The notes beneath the pieces were generated by a model. It did not search any database. It had not been told where the DNA came from and saw only the letters and a program-made list of their open reading frames with translations. Both the position numbers and the translations under genes were made by a program. From Vicugna vicugna (lineage: Eukaryota), in contig MU058221.1 of the NCBI GenBank assembly GCA_013265495.1, positions 4,652,001-4,716,000 on the forward strand: a DNA stretch of 64,000 nucleotides, read 5' to 3'. This document shows positions 1 through 13,533 of the stretch, one piece after another. How positions within the stretch are numbered: position 1 is the first letter of the stretch; each line of letters starts with the position of its first letter.

Positions 1-1332
1 TAGCCAGCACAGGGCTTATCACCTTCTGCACCGAATGAGTCGCTGTAGGTCACACTGCTGTGATAAAGGTCCCCCAAGTACAGTGGCCAAAAGAAGACAG
101 AAATCCACTTCTGTCTCATCGAGCAGCCCAGAGGGAAGCCGCGTCTAGCCGTGTCTAGGGCAGCGGTTAGTCCTGCTCCGTGAGCTCATCCAGGGACCCC
201 AGCCGGAGGGCTGGCTCTCCCAGCCTCAGTGGGTAGCTTCCACTTCTGGGACTAAGGTGGCTGTTCCAACTGTCCCCTTTTACCACCCACTGGGACAGGG
301 GGAAGGGAGGGCCGAGGGAGAGCAGTTTCCAAAGAAAGATGTGATCCAGAAGTTGCATCCATCTTTTTTTTTCTTGTATCCCTTTAGCCAAAACTTGGTC
401 ACAGGGCAACACCCCACCTGCAGGGGTGGCTGGGAAACGCGGTCGCTGTGTTGGGTGCTCTGTGCCCAGCTGAAACTAAGAGGGTACTGTTGTTCAAAGA
501 GGGGACGGATGCTGCTCGGCTCTTGTCTCTTCCACATCATGGCCTTTCACCCACTTAAAGATGGATAAGTCCAAGTGTCAATTCCTCACCAGTCTTCCCA
601 AAACAGCAGCCCTGCCCTCCACCACCAGACGACAGGAGCCCCTTCTCAGCGCTCCACCCTTCAGGGGTCTGTGTCCGTCACTGTATGTGTGTACAGCATA
701 CCACCCTGCTTTGTGATCACTCCTCCATGAGTCTGGCTCCCCCAGTAGGCAGGGAGCAGCAGGCGGCGAGGCCCGGGAACCATGGCAGGGCCCTCCCCCG
801 GGCCTGCCCCGCCCCGGCTCTGCCCCACCTCACCCGGGGGGGGGCCGCAGGGCCGCCGTCGTGCTGAGCTCCCCCTCCTCCAGATGGGTCCAGAGCTGGG
901 AGGCAGGGCGGGCGGCGGGAGGCGCGGCCACCCGGCTCCCTAAGTGCGCTCCCGCTCCCGCTGGAGACGTGCGCGTGGTGGCCGCTCCTCTGTGCGCGCT
1001 TACTTAGCAGCCCTCGGAGGCCCTGGCGGCCTGGTCTCTCCGTCTCTGACGTGCGTCCTCCACGCATTTCAGACAAGGCTTCTGCTGCCTTTCTCCGCTT
1101 TTCAGCATCTAAGGTCGACTGCTGCTCCGGCTCCAGCTGGGGGCCTCTTTCCTGAACTCTGCTGCAAATGGTCCCTCAGCTCCTAAGGGCATATCGAGTT
1201 AAAACTCCTCTTTCCTACCACTGCCTCTTGTGCAAAGAGGTGGGCGGCACCCACAAAGGAACGGAAGCGTGACTAGCCCTGTTTCATCCTGTCTCGAGAA
1301 CTATCTGCCCGTGGTCCTGGCACTTTTTTTTT

Positions 1333-2019
1333 ACGTTTGTTTATTGAGTTATAGTCATTTTACAATGCTGTGCCAAATTCCAGTGAAGAGCACAATTTTT
1401 CAGTTATACATGAACATACATATATTCATTGTCACATTTTTTTTGCTGCGAGCCACCACAAGATCTTGTATATATTTCCCTGTGCTATACAGTATAATCT
1501 TATTTATCTATTCTGTAAATGCCTGTCAGTATTTACAAATTTTGAAATCCTGGTCTATCCCTTCCCACTCCCCTCCTCCTTGGCAACCACAAGTTTGTAT
1601 TCTGTCTATGAGTCTGCTTTCTGTTCTGTATTTATTTATTTATTTATTTTTTTGGATTCCACATATGAGCGATCTCATATGGTACTTTTCTCTTTCTGGC
1701 TTACTTCACTTAGAATGACATTCTCCAGGGACATCCATGTTGCTGCAGATGATGTTGTTGTCAGTTTTTATGGCTGAATAGTATTCCATTGTATCAATAT
1801 ACCACATCTTCTCTATCCAGTCATCTGTTGATGGACATTTAGGCTGTTTCCATGTCTTGGCTATTGTAAACAGTGCTGCTGTGAACATTCGGTTGCAGGT
1901 GTCATCCTGAAGTAGGGTTCTTACTGGATACAGGCCCAGGAGTGGGATTCCTGGGTCATATGGTAAGTCTGTTCCTAGTCTTTTGAGGAATCTCCATACT
2001 GTTTTCCACAGTGGCTGCA
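1333..2019 (-). mobile_element. 5'-truncated L1 (ORF2 C-terminus plus 3' UTR), relatively young
   Basis: ORF 1706..2020 is the L1 ORF2 end ([10 protein letters not shown]...MWYIDTMEYYSAIK); TSD cctgg(c/g)actttttttt at 1316-1332 and 2020-2036. Confidence 0.92.
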
Positions 2020-2802
2020 CCTGGGACTTTTTTTTTAATCAACATAAATTTGGTCTCTGATATCTTCCTATAATATTGTCCTAATATGGTTTGGCAGTAG
2101 TTCTCACAAAACTGGAACCCAAGAGAGCCACGCAAATCTCTATGCCCTGCCTTCACTGTCAGCTGGGCGGCAAACATCACCCTGTGCTTCCCATGGCTGC
2201 TGGTCCAGTATCTCCCAGGACCACTGCCAGCCTCTGTCTTTTGTTGAGATGAGGAGAAGATAAAGGGCGTGTCTTAAGAAAGTGTTTCCAGCACGAGGAA
2301 GCTCTCTGGTGTCAGCTGAAGGACTGGTGTCATCTAAGAACCTCTCCTTCCCGCTGTAACTCCTGGGCCGCAGCACATCCTGAGCAGAGCTGGCTGACGG
2401 TGTGAGGTAGTCTCCACGCCCTCACCCCTCCCTTCCATGGTCCCCAGATCGCTAACCATCAAGCCCATTCTTCCTTCGGCCTGGAGGAGAGCTGCACAGC
2501 GGCATTTCTTGAAATGTTTGGAGGACATTTTTCCACCTTCTCTTCTTTCCACTGCACTGGGTCCTGCTATTAACTGCCTGAACCACCCCTCCTCCCAGGC
2601 CTTACACCATTGTGGTCAAGTGTTGGGAAAAAAAAAAAAGCATGAAAAGACTGGAGGGTCTGGCCCAGCAGGTGGCGTGCAGAGGGTGGAAGCCAGCAAG
2701 CAGGCCCCTCAGCCCAAGGCGACACCTGCCACCCCGAACAAGTGTCACCCCCCCTCGGCAATCACATCTGTGAGGGACACCAGTCCTCTTTTGTCCTTTC
2801 AG

Positions 2803-2988
2803 ACGTCTCTAGATACGCTCAGCAAAGCCATCGCGGGGTTTGTGGTGATGTCTGAAGAAATGGAAAAGGTGTATAACAGTTTCCTCAACAACCAAGTTCC
2901 CTCTCTGTGGTCCAGCACAGCCTACCCTTCCCTGAAGCCACTCGGGTCGTGGGTCAAAGACCTCATTCTGAGGACTGCGTCTATGGAC
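2803..2988 (+). CDS. DNAH6: Dynein axonemal heavy chain 6, internal coding exon (5th from last; gene begins upstream of the window)
   Basis: tttcag|...|gtaaga boundaries; 186 nt, phase 0-0; encodes [62 protein letters not shown], a typical dynein heavy chain C-terminal domain segment. Confidence 0.95.
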
Positions 2989-3518
2989 GTAAGAAAAGTC
3001 ACTTCTTTGGGGTCTGATGTTCTGGGTGGCCCGGGCATCCTCAGGAAGCCCTAGCCAACTGACATACAACCATGGAGGGATGGTCTGAACCCAAAGAGAC
3101 AGAAACTTCCAGAACAGCATCCCTTTGAAAGTCTTATGCTGATTACAGTGTAGTTGGCCCTGGGCCCTTACCCCACATTCCACTTTAATTCCGGGCCGTC
3201 TTTGGAGTTTCAGATCTAGTTCATGGGACCCCACCGGGAGGTACAGAACCAGCGTGACGTGGGTCCAGACAGCCAGGTGTGACCTTGCTGCTGGCTCCCG
3301 CGCTCTAACCCCTGTAATGACCAGGTTCTGCTTTATGGTCAGCCTGGTGGCTGAGGAAGGCGGGGACAGGGCAGGGGGTAAGAATGGGGCTGGTGACCAG
3401 CTCAGAGCTGGTTGAGATTCTGCCTCCCGAGAGGCTCTCCAAAATACGCCTTTGATATAAATGACAAACTCTAGCTCAGAAAAAAAAAGTACATTATGGT
3501 GTAATGTTTCTCCTTTAG

Positions 3519-3591
3519 TTGTGGCTCAAAAGAGGTCAGCCTAAGTCCTTCTGGATCTCCGGTTTCTTCTTCCCTCAAGGATTTCTAACAG
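3519..3591 (+). CDS. DNAH6: DNAH6 coding exon (4th from last)
   Basis: tcctttag|...|gtacca; 73 nt; [24 protein letters not shown](G), containing the conserved dynein [13 protein letters not shown] motif; phase fits both neighbouring exons. Confidence 0.95.
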
Positions 3592-4332
3592 GTACCAGCG
3601 CGTTCCCGAGAGAAAGCCCCTAGGAAAGACAGCATTTGTGACACTGGGCTTCTAGGACCTGGGAAAATGGCATGGCTGCTAATGGCTTAGCCATGGGGGC
3701 ACTGATTACAGGGCAGTCCTGTCAGGCCCTGCTCTTCCTCGGTTGCCAGGGTGAAGCATGGCAGAAATAGCCAGGGTTCCCCCAGCGCCCTCCAGGCTCT
3801 GAGGGCAAGCCCTGTGAGCGCGCACGGCATGCCCCGACTCCCCAGGGGGCCCGAGCTCCAGGGCACCACCCGCTCTCTGCCTGCTCTGGCCCCAACTCTG
3901 AGCAGCCTCCTTCCCTCTAAAAATGACTGCTGATGCCCCTCCAGTGGCCCTCAGGGATTCTGGCGAGGGAGCCCCAGAGGGGGCCAGGGCCCCTGGGCTA
4001 ATAGATGCTAATTAGGTCAGTCCTTCATCTATCTCATCCTGAGTCCCTAATAAACTGCCCACACAAGAAAGACAAGCTAAGCAAGATGCTAAAGTTGGGG
4101 AGCCTGTGCTCTGAAGCCCCCTCACTGGCAGAGAGGTGCACCTCCCACTGGGCCTTCCCTCTCTTCCCAGGCAGGACCAAAATTCACACATGCCCTGGCC
4201 CCACTGCCCCCCCCCAATCTGTTCAGAGTAAGATGTTGACGGGTCTTCTGGATGGAGAGGCAGGGCTGTAACACTAGAGCAGCCTGGATGAGGCAAGTCG
4301 GGGCAGCAGCTTTCTGGTTTTCCTGTCTGCAG

Positions 4333-4484
4333 GCACCCTTCAGAACCACGCTCGGAAGTACAACTTGCCTATAGATGAGCTGAGTTTCAAGTACAACATG
4401 ATCCCTGCCTATCGCGACGAAGCCGTGGTTATAGAAGCTGCCAAGACAGTGCAGTTTGGACAAGAACTGCCCATGGACACGGAG
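4333..4484 (+). CDS. DNAH6: DNAH6 coding exon (3rd from last)
   Basis: ctgcag|...|gtactg; 152 nt; (G)TLQNHARKYNLPIDELSFKYNMIPAYRDEAVVIEAAKTVQFGQELPMDTE. Confidence 0.95.
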
Positions 4485-5109
4485 GTACTGCCCCCAACGT
4501 CTGGCACAGAGAAGCAGCTTCTGTCCCACTGCCATTCAGCATCTCGGGCAGTCTTCCCCGCAGTGCAGGAGCCGGGGAGGGACGGGATGGGACTCACACC
4601 CCCAGGATGGGCTCCCCAGTCAGCAGTGACAGATGCGACCTGCCTCAACTAGCCTGACCCCTGGAAATTCACTTCACAACAATGCCGCTTTGCTTCCCTG
4701 GATGCCCGCAGTAACTCTCTCATTCTTGCGGAGGCAATACAGCGAGAGGGTAAAAACTTTCAGAATCAGGCAGGCCTGAGTGGATCCCAGCTTTTCCCCT
4801 CCCCAGCTGTGTGTGCTAGAGCAACTACTAACACGTCTGCACCTCAGTGTTCTCGTCTGCAAAACGGGGCCCATGCCACCCAACACACAGCCACAGTGTG
4901 GTGTAGACGAACCTGCAGAGATCACGTGACTGGCGTATACTGCATCCACGATAAGTTAACTACTGTCCGAGGCTGCCTTGATCTGCTTCATTCACTCAGC
5001 TGCCTCCTGGCAGAACTGACGTGCTAACTTCACGCATCATGTAACTGTAACCACATTACATCACCAGTAGGACCGCACGAGAAAAGCAGTTCACACTCTG
5101 CTTACGTGG

Positions 5110-5560
5110 TTTACTCCCTGGAAGTGCGGTCCCCAGACCAGCAACATCAGCGTCCCTTGGACACTTACCTGAATGTAAACTCCAAGGACCCACTCCAGGC
5201 AGATTTGGAAACTCTGGGCTGCGATCCAGAATCTGTATTTTAAAAGCCCTCCCGCGGGGCTCTCAGCCCACTCAAGCTTGAGCACCACTGCTCCAGAAGG
5301 TCTCAACCTCGGCAGTCGGTGAGAATCACCTGTGGAGCTTACAAACACCCAGAGGCCCAGGCCACAGCCAGTGACGTCACAACCATCCCAATTACATCAG
5401 GCATCATTTTCTTAATTAATTTTTTTTAATTTTTTTTATTGAAGTAGAGTTGATTTACAGTGTTGTGTTAGTTTCAGGTGAACAGCAAAGGCATCAGTAT
5501 TTCTTAAAGATCCCCTGGTGACCCCCGTATGCAGCCCGGCCTGGGGCCTGCTGCTGCCAC
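5110..5560. mobile_element. Two adjacent MER5-type hAT/Charlie MITEs, the second interrupted by a short L1 3' end (~5420-5490)
   Basis: MER5 hallmarks (gtggtcccc-gaccagcagcatcagc, gaatcacctg, ttgag-accactg); T-rich L1 tail inside. Confidence 0.65.
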
Positions 5561-7397
5561 TCTGAGCTGCCCGCCTTCCATGTGCGGAGATACTGATGGG
5601 GCAGAGGAGCCTCTGCTTCAAAGCACCTGTCCGCCCCAGTGGGCCTTATAGATATAATTTGCTAAGTGTGCCATGAAATCAAAGATATGCCCCAGATCGC
5701 TTCTGTCAAGCGCGTGTCCACTAGCCAGTGAGCGTAGGTGGGGTGAGTGGCTTTTACTAAAGTTTCCTTAAAATATCATGGTCTTCATAGGAACAGGACT
5801 TGCTCCTGGGTAACTGTATCCATACCCACCCCACTGAGATCTGATGGACCCACTCCTTGCTCTGATTAGCAGAAACACACCAAGACCAGACTGATCCCAC
5901 ATGCATGGCTTCCTCTACGAAATACTCTAACACCCCATGCTCTGAATTGCCTGTATCTTAAAATGACAATGAGAGACCTTACTCTTTAAGGAAATTTGTT
6001 TTAGTATCAATTTTTTTATGCTAAAGTATTGGCATCCAAAAGTAAGGGGGAAATCAACTTAGAAACGTACTCATCATTTTGAGGCCCTTCTCAGCCGGAG
6101 GGTGTCGCAGGCCCGGGTCAGGAACAGCCGAGGCGGGAGGAGGTGGGATGACCCCCACACCCACACAGACCTCGCTGAGGCCGCCCTGGGTGCTGGCCCT
6201 GCTCTGTGCCCCGCGTGCTCTGCCTGCCACGTGACAGCATCGAGACAACTCAATGGACACAAGTTTCCAGTGACCACCGAGGCCTCTGTCCCTCCAGCCA
6301 CCCCAGTCCGCACACATCTCCGCGGGGTCACGTGCAGTGAACCATGCAACGCCCTGGAATCTCCGCCATCTGTGGAGACTGCACGTTGTACAGTTAGCCC
6401 GTGTCCTGGTCCTCCCAGCCAATGGCTGCTAGACACAGCCAAAGACGGCGAGATAACCTGAGTTCTGTTACAAACAGGGCCGCCGTGCACCTGGTGCCAC
6501 CTTTGTGCCATTTAGGAAAAGGCGTCCCTCTGGATGGGTGTCCAGATGGTTCCTACATGTGGCTTGGCAAGTGGGTGCAGGTTGATTCCAGCCCCTACTC
6601 AGGGAAACCTGCACAAATGTACACAGCAGCCCCCAAACCAGGAAGGGCCGCTCCACCCCACTGCACCCACAGGGCAAGTTCCAGGACACCAGAAAGTGAA
6701 GACCCACCAAAAAGAGCTTTTATAGCGACTCCTTTTAGTTACCATGAAATACACTACTTATGTCCACAGTGCTGGGTCCTCTGCCTGCGGCTGCGAAGCT
6801 CCACTTACCCAAAGATCGAAGGCCCCGGGACCGGCCAGATTCACTCAGTGTTTGAGGAAGGGTGACACAGGAGCCGGAACTTGGCAGAAACCGTACACTA
6901 GTGGTGACATCTAATCACAGGACATCGAGGGGCAGGGTCTCTGTCTCTCTTTCTCCCGCATAATTTCTTTGAAAAAATTTTCCACAGGCATTCTGCAAAT
7001 ACTTTTGCAGATGTGCAACCTTTCTGGAAGGACCCCAGATCTTTGAGAGACCTTGCCAAAAATAACAGAGGAAAATCTCAGCCTTCTCAGCCCATCTCCT
7101 TCCCACGTGAAGGGGAAAATCCTAACGTAACGATCGGAGTCTGAAGCCCACCGTGGGTCTCCCAGGGGTACCCCGTATGCACAGCCTTGGGGGGTGCTAA
7201 AGTACAAGGCATGGTAACAGACTGAAAAGCAAGTTATTTCACCTTTCGGAGCCTCGGTAGGCTCCTCCCTGAAACGTGAGCAGTAACAACCCCCCGAGTG
7301 GTTCTTAGCATTAACTGAGGATGGGGGACAGAGGGGGCATCCCCCAATGCTGATCCCCTCCTCCTCTTCTCACCTTTACGCCTCTGGTGTCTTTCAG

Positions 7398-7620
7398 TTG
7401 CCCTCTCCTGAGGATGGCGTTCTTGTTCATGGCATGTTCATGGATGCTTCCCGATGGGACAATGAGGAGATGGTGATAGAAGACGCACTGCCCGGACAGA
7501 TGAATCCAGTGCTGCCTGTGGTCCACTTTGAACCTCAACAAAATTATGAGCCAAGCCCAACACTCTACCACTCCCCACTTTATAAAACAGGGGCCCGGGC
7601 AGGAACCCTTTCAACCACAG
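7398..7620 (+). CDS. DNAH6: DNAH6 penultimate coding exon
   Basis: tttcag|...|gtgagg; 223 nt; [21 protein letters not shown]...[15 protein letters not shown](G), conserved dynein C-terminal motifs. Confidence 0.96.
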
Positions 7621-7839
7621 GTGAGGATGTGCTAAGACCCGAACAGATAACAACTGAATGCAAGGGACAGTCAAAGTCCAGACGCCACGCGGTAATGGGC
7701 AACGGGTGATCCTGGGCCAGTCGGCCACTTATGACGTGCAAATGTACACATGATGTGAATTCTGTTTGTTTTAATACTGGGTGTAGATTGATATTACAAA
7801 ACTAATGCTTGTGTCTGTTAGTCTAATTAGTAGAAAACA

Positions 7840-10160
7840 GTTAATTGAGCAGTGACCTCTAATTTCAAAATGATGGACTGAGTAGACACTAAAATCTCTG
7901 TATCTCTTACCAAATCCATTGAGACACATCCTAGAGAAGAGATTTAAAAATAAACTAACAAATGGAATGCCATGCTTCAAAAAGGGAAATCGGGGTAGAC
8001 CTGAAACTGAGATACAGCCCTGTATAAAAGGAACCAGATGGAAAGAAAGCCATGTCAACAGAGAAGCTGAAGAATTGAGAGCAGACAGTTAGAGGGTGAG
8101 CCAAGAGAACACACCGAGAAAATCCCTCAAAATACAGCACAACGCGGTTTTTCTTAAAGTGACAGGACACTATGGAGAAAGCCAACATTTCCAACATTTA
8201 TCTAGTAGGCAATCTGGGAGGGGAAAGGAGAGAGAATGGAAGAATGATAATATTTTTTAAAAAGGTAACGGCTGATCATTTCCCAGAACTGGAGAGACAC
8301 TTGAGTTCTAAGGTTGAGACATCTCACACAGAGTGGTGGGGATAATTTTTAAAACTATGTAACAAACAAATACTCAATTTTAAGAGAGCTCATAGCAAAG
8401 TGATACTAAAGATTATCAGAGATAAAGAAAGTTCTCAAAGCTAAAGAGATAAACTGTATTAATATGCTGGAACTAAAATTCCAGAAAGTGACAGTCAGAC
8501 TGGCATCGGACATTTGTCCACAGCGCGCATAAAAGGTGACAGAGAGACCTCTTCAAAGGGCTGGGAAAAAACACTTGAACCAGAACTGCAAATCCAACCA
8601 CGTTATCATTCAACAGGGAAGGCGTGAAAATAAAGACTCTTGGACATACAGAGGCTCTACACTAATCACCACAGACCCTCCATTTCATACCCACAAACAC
8701 AGTTAAATCTTTAATAGTTTGACTGTAAAAATTACTTTACCAATAACGTGGAACCAAGTTTCCAGATGACAGAAATACGGGCAGAAAGAACTAAAAAAAA
8801 AAATTCTCATTTAAATGGAGAATATAGGTCCTCATGGTATTTTTCATCAGTCAAATATTCAACGAAAGTACGTTCTCTGAGGGTAACACACAGAACAGAC
8901 TAAAAGAGACGCTCCTACCACACGCCTCCACCTCCCACTCCCACGACAGATCTAAGCAAGAACTCAGCAGTATTTTTTAAACTAACGATGGCACTGACAA
9001 CGGCATTTGCGTGGACACGTGCTTTTATTTATCCTGGATGACTGTCTGGGAGGGGGTGACGGAACCACATGGCAGGGACGTGTTTCACTTTTTAAGAAAC
9101 TGCTCAACTCTTCCAAAGTGGCCACACCTTCACATGCCCGCCAGCATGTACGAGGGCTCCCGTCCCGCCACGTCCTCACCGCCACTGAGTGTGACCGGTC
9201 CTCCCACTTGTAGATGTAGATAACTGACAGACAGACAGATGGACGGAGAGATAAATACAGACAGATGGATGACAGTACAGTGGAATCTCTTCGCATTTCC
9301 CTGACGGCTCATTACAGTGACCATCTTTTCTGGTGCTTATTTGTATCTTCTCTGATGAAGTGTCTGCTCAAACCTTTGGCCTATTTTTTCAGTCTTTTGT
9401 CTCCTTATTATTGGCTAAAATTCCAGCAGGAACTCTGTGGTTCTCAGTAAGAGGAACCAAGGAAAGGTAGTAATTAAAATGATGCTGCACTGGCACAAGA
9501 CTCAAAAGACACATCAAATGTACTAGACAGAGCGCCCAGAAGCACACCGTGCACACGTGGGAGCTTGGCCTGTGACAGCAGCCGCGCTAAAATCCAGCCA
9601 GAAGAGAGACACTGTTCCACAGATGGTGCTGGGACAGCTGGTTGTGCCAAACTCAGATCCTTCCCTCACACACATACAAAAATTAAATCACAGACGGATT
9701 TCATAGACGTTATCATCACTAAATTTTAAAATTATTAACCCTAATGAAATAACGGCACAAAGTAATCGCTATCAACAGCTGCTGACACCCCAGCCAGGAA
9801 ACGCAGTTAGACTTCCAGGTGGACGTGTACACCACCTAGGATGTATTGGCACCAAAAATCTCAACCCTGAACCTGACCGCGCCTCTAGATTTAACCAGCC
9901 TTGCAGGCCTAGAGGAACGTGTGTAAAATCACAAGGATGCTGACAGCAAAACTCAGACTCGGGGAAACCTTACGGGACAAACAGCTTAGTTATTTCAACA
10001 AACATATTACAAGGAAGGGACCAAAGTGACAGAGGGGGATCTAAATGAAAGAGATTTAGGACACACATCACTGCTGCAAGGTGTGGACCTCACCTGAACC
10101 CTCAAACTAACAGTTACTATACATACACACACTGCATATTTACTGCAAGATGTCACTCGA
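7840..10160. mobile_element. Cluster of old, fragmented L1M-type pieces in the last DNAH6 intron
   Basis: A-rich degenerate L1-like segments on both strands, e.g. ggtgctgggacagctgg and cttttctggtgcttatttg. Confidence 0.55.
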
Positions 10161-10471
10161 GCACTGCCAAGGCCCCACGCAGGGAATGACAAAGGGGAGG
10201 GGAGGTGCAGGCATTCTCTGCTGGGCACGCCACCACCCTGCCCGACTGCCACACAGGCGGGCCTTGCTGTGAATGCCAGAAACAGCGACTCCCGTCCTGA
10301 GGGCAAGGACTCCTCTTCCCACGCCGGTCCTGACCCCCTCACACAGGCCCACAGGGAGGAAGCTGCACAGGTGACCTCTTACTTCAGGTGTCCCAGAGCT
10401 GAGGACAGAACACCCGTGACTACACTTAGTCTTCTCGGGAGCCCCAGTTCCTCCCTGCTGGGGGGAACGAA

Positions 10472-10500
10472 GGATGGATGGATGGATGGATGGATGGATG
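10472..10500. repeat. (GGAT)n microsatellite
   Basis: Read directly. Confidence 0.9.
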
Positions 10501-10823
10501 CCCGACCCACCGACTGCATCCCCCGAGTCGCACGGAAAGCTCAGGCCTCAGTCCTGGCCCAGCGCTCCCTGAGACAGGCTGCGGAGAACTTGAAACGTAG
10601 TTTATAGGGTTATACAAAGTCTGGGCAGGTCCTAAAGGATCGTTTGTTCCAGCATCTTCACTTTGTAGAGCATAAAACTGAAATCTGTAGAGGACTGTTT
10701 GCCCTTCATCTTCAGAGGCAAATTCAGTTCTGGAACCCAGGTGTCTTGACTCCAGTACAGTGATTTTTGTATTAAGCGGTTATTCTTTAAGTAATGACCC
10801 TTTCACCCTGTGTCCTTCACTAG

Positions 10824-10927
10824 GTCATTCAACCAACTTCGTGGTGACCATCCTCTTACCCTCCAAGCGGCCCAAAGATTACTGGATTGCCAAGGGATCG
10901 GCCCTGCTCTGCCAGCTGAATGAGTGA
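10824..10927 (+). CDS. DNAH6: DNAH6 terminal coding exon with stop codon
   Basis: cactag| acceptor; (G)[36 protein letters not shown] at 10925-10927; the five exons splice into one open frame. Confidence 0.96.
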
Positions 10928-11079
10928 AAAGGAGCTGCCTCTGGGCAGAAAGAGAACCGGGCCAGAGATCTTTCCTGACAGGCAAGAAAAGCCTGCGTAA
11001 CTTCTACGTGAGCAAAAGGTGTGACTTCTGATCTGGCTTAAGGGTAGTAAGGGTGGCTTTTATTTCTCTTTTAACCTAA

Positions 11080-11085
11080 AATAAA
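11080..11085 (+). terminator. DNAH6: DNAH6 polyadenylation signal
   Basis: AATAAA about 150 nt after the stop, followed by GT/T-rich sequence. Confidence 0.75.
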
Positions 11086-12674
11086 GTGTTTTGAGTTTTC
11101 CTTTCAATTGGTGATTCAAGCTCTGATGTGAAAGCACTTCTCTCTTAAGCCTGCCCTCCCCCGCCCCCCAGCGTGAGGGGTGGACACACCCAGCAGTAAA
11201 GGGGGACTTGGGGGGAGGGCGTGGCCAGGGCGGAGTCAGCGCTCAGCACTGCCTCACCCCCTGGGGCTTCCTTCTTCGTCACACTAACGAGAAAGGCCTG
11301 TGGACACGCCGATCACACGGCCCCAGGTCCTTCTGCTTCTAGACCAGATTAAGGCTCAGAGCCCAGCGCATGAGATCTTGGCCCCTGGTGCTATTCCCCC
11401 AACTCTGTGGGGTAAGATTACAACCCTTAGAAGAGCCTTCAGTGTTTTCATGAGAATGCAGCTCGGCCCTGCCCCGGTGCAGAACAGTTGTTGGCTTTAG
11501 GATGAACCCACGTGAAAACTGGCCAAGTCCCGCTCAGATGCATTCGCGCCCCGGCCACCGCAAGAGCAGAGGATGTCGGGCCAGGGCTGAGATGCACCCG
11601 CCACTGCGGCAAACCGTTTTGCATCAGCCCTGCCAACAGGGTATGTTTGCTTTCGTGGCCATATTATAAGCCAAGAAACTGGGTGCCACCCAGCTAGGAT
11701 GTGGACCTCTGGAGACAGCCACGCCACCGCCTTACAGAAAGCTAGAACAATCCTACCCTCCCATCTTACCTCCCCCAACCCCCCCGCTTTCATCCCACAC
11801 CCACCAGAGTTAACAGACCCCCCCATGAGGCAGGGAGTGCCACCCCATTAGTCAGAGGTCAGTGCAGGGATCAGAAACTGCTCTTGGTGCCTCAAGCAGG
11901 AACCCGTGCTTCCGAAGCCACGGGAATGGCTGCAGCTGCAGAAGTCACAGGGCTGCCGTCAGGCCCCGCAGCGGCTGAAACCCAAGGCCAGAAAGCTGCA
12001 GGAAACTGTGCCAACCGCACAAGCACAGCACACTCGCACAGCAGGTGAGCGGGCAGAGGGATGCAGAGCCTGGCCCCTGCACAGACTGAGGTCTGCGGGA
12101 GCCCGCCCATAACGCCACCGCTGCTGGAGAAAAAGGCTTCTGCCCCCTCACCTTCCAGATCTCACGACAGAGGATCTCATTAGAAGACGCAACCACAGCA
12201 GCGAGGGAATCTGGGGGAGGTGAGCCCTCCTATCCCTGCAACACGGGTACAGAATGGCGCAGAGGCGGTGGGCATGCGTCCCGAGTGCCACCGCATCGCT
12301 CTTTCAGTGAGACCCCAAAGGTCTTCCTGGCCCTGGAAATGACTGAGAATGAACCCACAAGAAAGCTTCCGGAAAGGAAGGGAAGGCGACAGAGCTGCAC
12401 GCCCAGGCAGTCAAGGCACCGCAAACCAGGTCAGGAACAGGCACACCTACTTCCTACTGGCCCCATCAGGTCCTGGGCAGGCCCTCAGGGTTTCCGGGAG
12501 CTGCTCAGAGGCCCGGGAGAACCGTAAGGAAACTCTGCCGTAGGCGGGAGACCCCGGTCTGTAACCGTGGGAGCGGGGGGAGGCGGGGGGGGCAGCTGTG
12601 CTGGCCTGAAAGGTCCCATTTCACACTCGACCAGGGCAGTTCTACTTACTTTATGTAGAGATTCTCCGTAAGAT

Positions 12675-12680
12675 TTTATT
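12675..12680 (-). terminator. Candidate TRABD2A polyadenylation signal
   Basis: AATAAA on the minus strand about 680 nt past the stop codon. Confidence 0.45.
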
Positions 12681-13355
12681 TGAGAAAGACAAAGGCACAT
12701 AAATAAAAAATAAGTAACAGGACAGGAAAAGGGGGGAAGAGTTTGAAAACCACCTTCCTGCACAGCACCCCTGACAAAGCCCACCCGGCCCCCCGTCTTC
12801 AGCCTGTGGATGAGAGACTCACACCATGCACAGCGCAGGCACTTGCCAGGGCAGGAAGCACCCTCATCGCCAGCACCGACCGTGACCAGAGGGGAGCAGA
12901 ACAAGAGCCCCAAGGCCTGCTGACTCCCCGCACCCAGAACCAGGAGCAAACACGGAGGGGAGGAGCCCAGGGGCAGGGTCCCCGGGGGCAGCCAGGCCCG
13001 GGGCAGGGCCCGGAGCAGCGCCCGGAGCAGCAGGGAGAGGGCTCAGAGGACGGAGGCAAAAGAGGTGTTTGCTGGATATACACTGGGGAGAAAAGTCTAT
13101 ATTTGAAAGGCAGTTAATTGTTTTCAGACAATTCATTGATGATTAATTATTCACACACAGCTCGTTACGTCACAGAACCATAACTCCCCCTACCCCAGGC
13201 ATTGCTGGAGAGCCCAAAGTCACTCCTTGGAAGAATAAAAACCAACGCTGGCTTTTCCTCTGAGTCTCTCCTCCTGGGCTGGGCCTAAGGCCAGACAAGA
13301 GTGTGGGGTGCAGGCACGGCTATCCTTCAAGTCCCAGGGGTCAGGGTCCTGGCGG

Positions 13356-13533
13356 TTACAGGAGGCGTGTCTCTGTTTGGAAGGCCAGCACCAGCACCCA
13401 GAACACAAGGGTCCAGAGAGACCGACAGGAACCGCTGGCCACCACCTGGAGGGGGTGCCCACAGCAAGGGAGCCGCAGCTCGGCAGAGATGTGCCCATCG
13501 AGAACGGGGACCTGGCGCTGAGGGACCGCAGCA
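13356..13533 (-). pseudogene. TRABD2A: TRABD2A terminal exon (exon 7 equivalent), still open, encoding the hydrophobic C-terminal tail
   Basis: Acceptor ttctctttgcccccaag|; AAVPQRQVPVLDGHISAELRLP...SLWTLVFWVLVLAFQTETRLL* vs recalled human DIVPQLQVPVLDRHISTELRLP...SLWTPVFWVLVLAFQTETPLL*. Confidence 0.92.

Noticed and set aside
1706..2020. 104-aa ORF that looks like real protein
   Set aside because: It is the C-terminus of L1 ORF2 in a 5'-truncated copy, not a host gene.
2437..3054. 205-aa ORF as a standalone gene
   Set aside because: Only 2803-2988 is a DNAH6 exon; the rest is intron that happens to be open.
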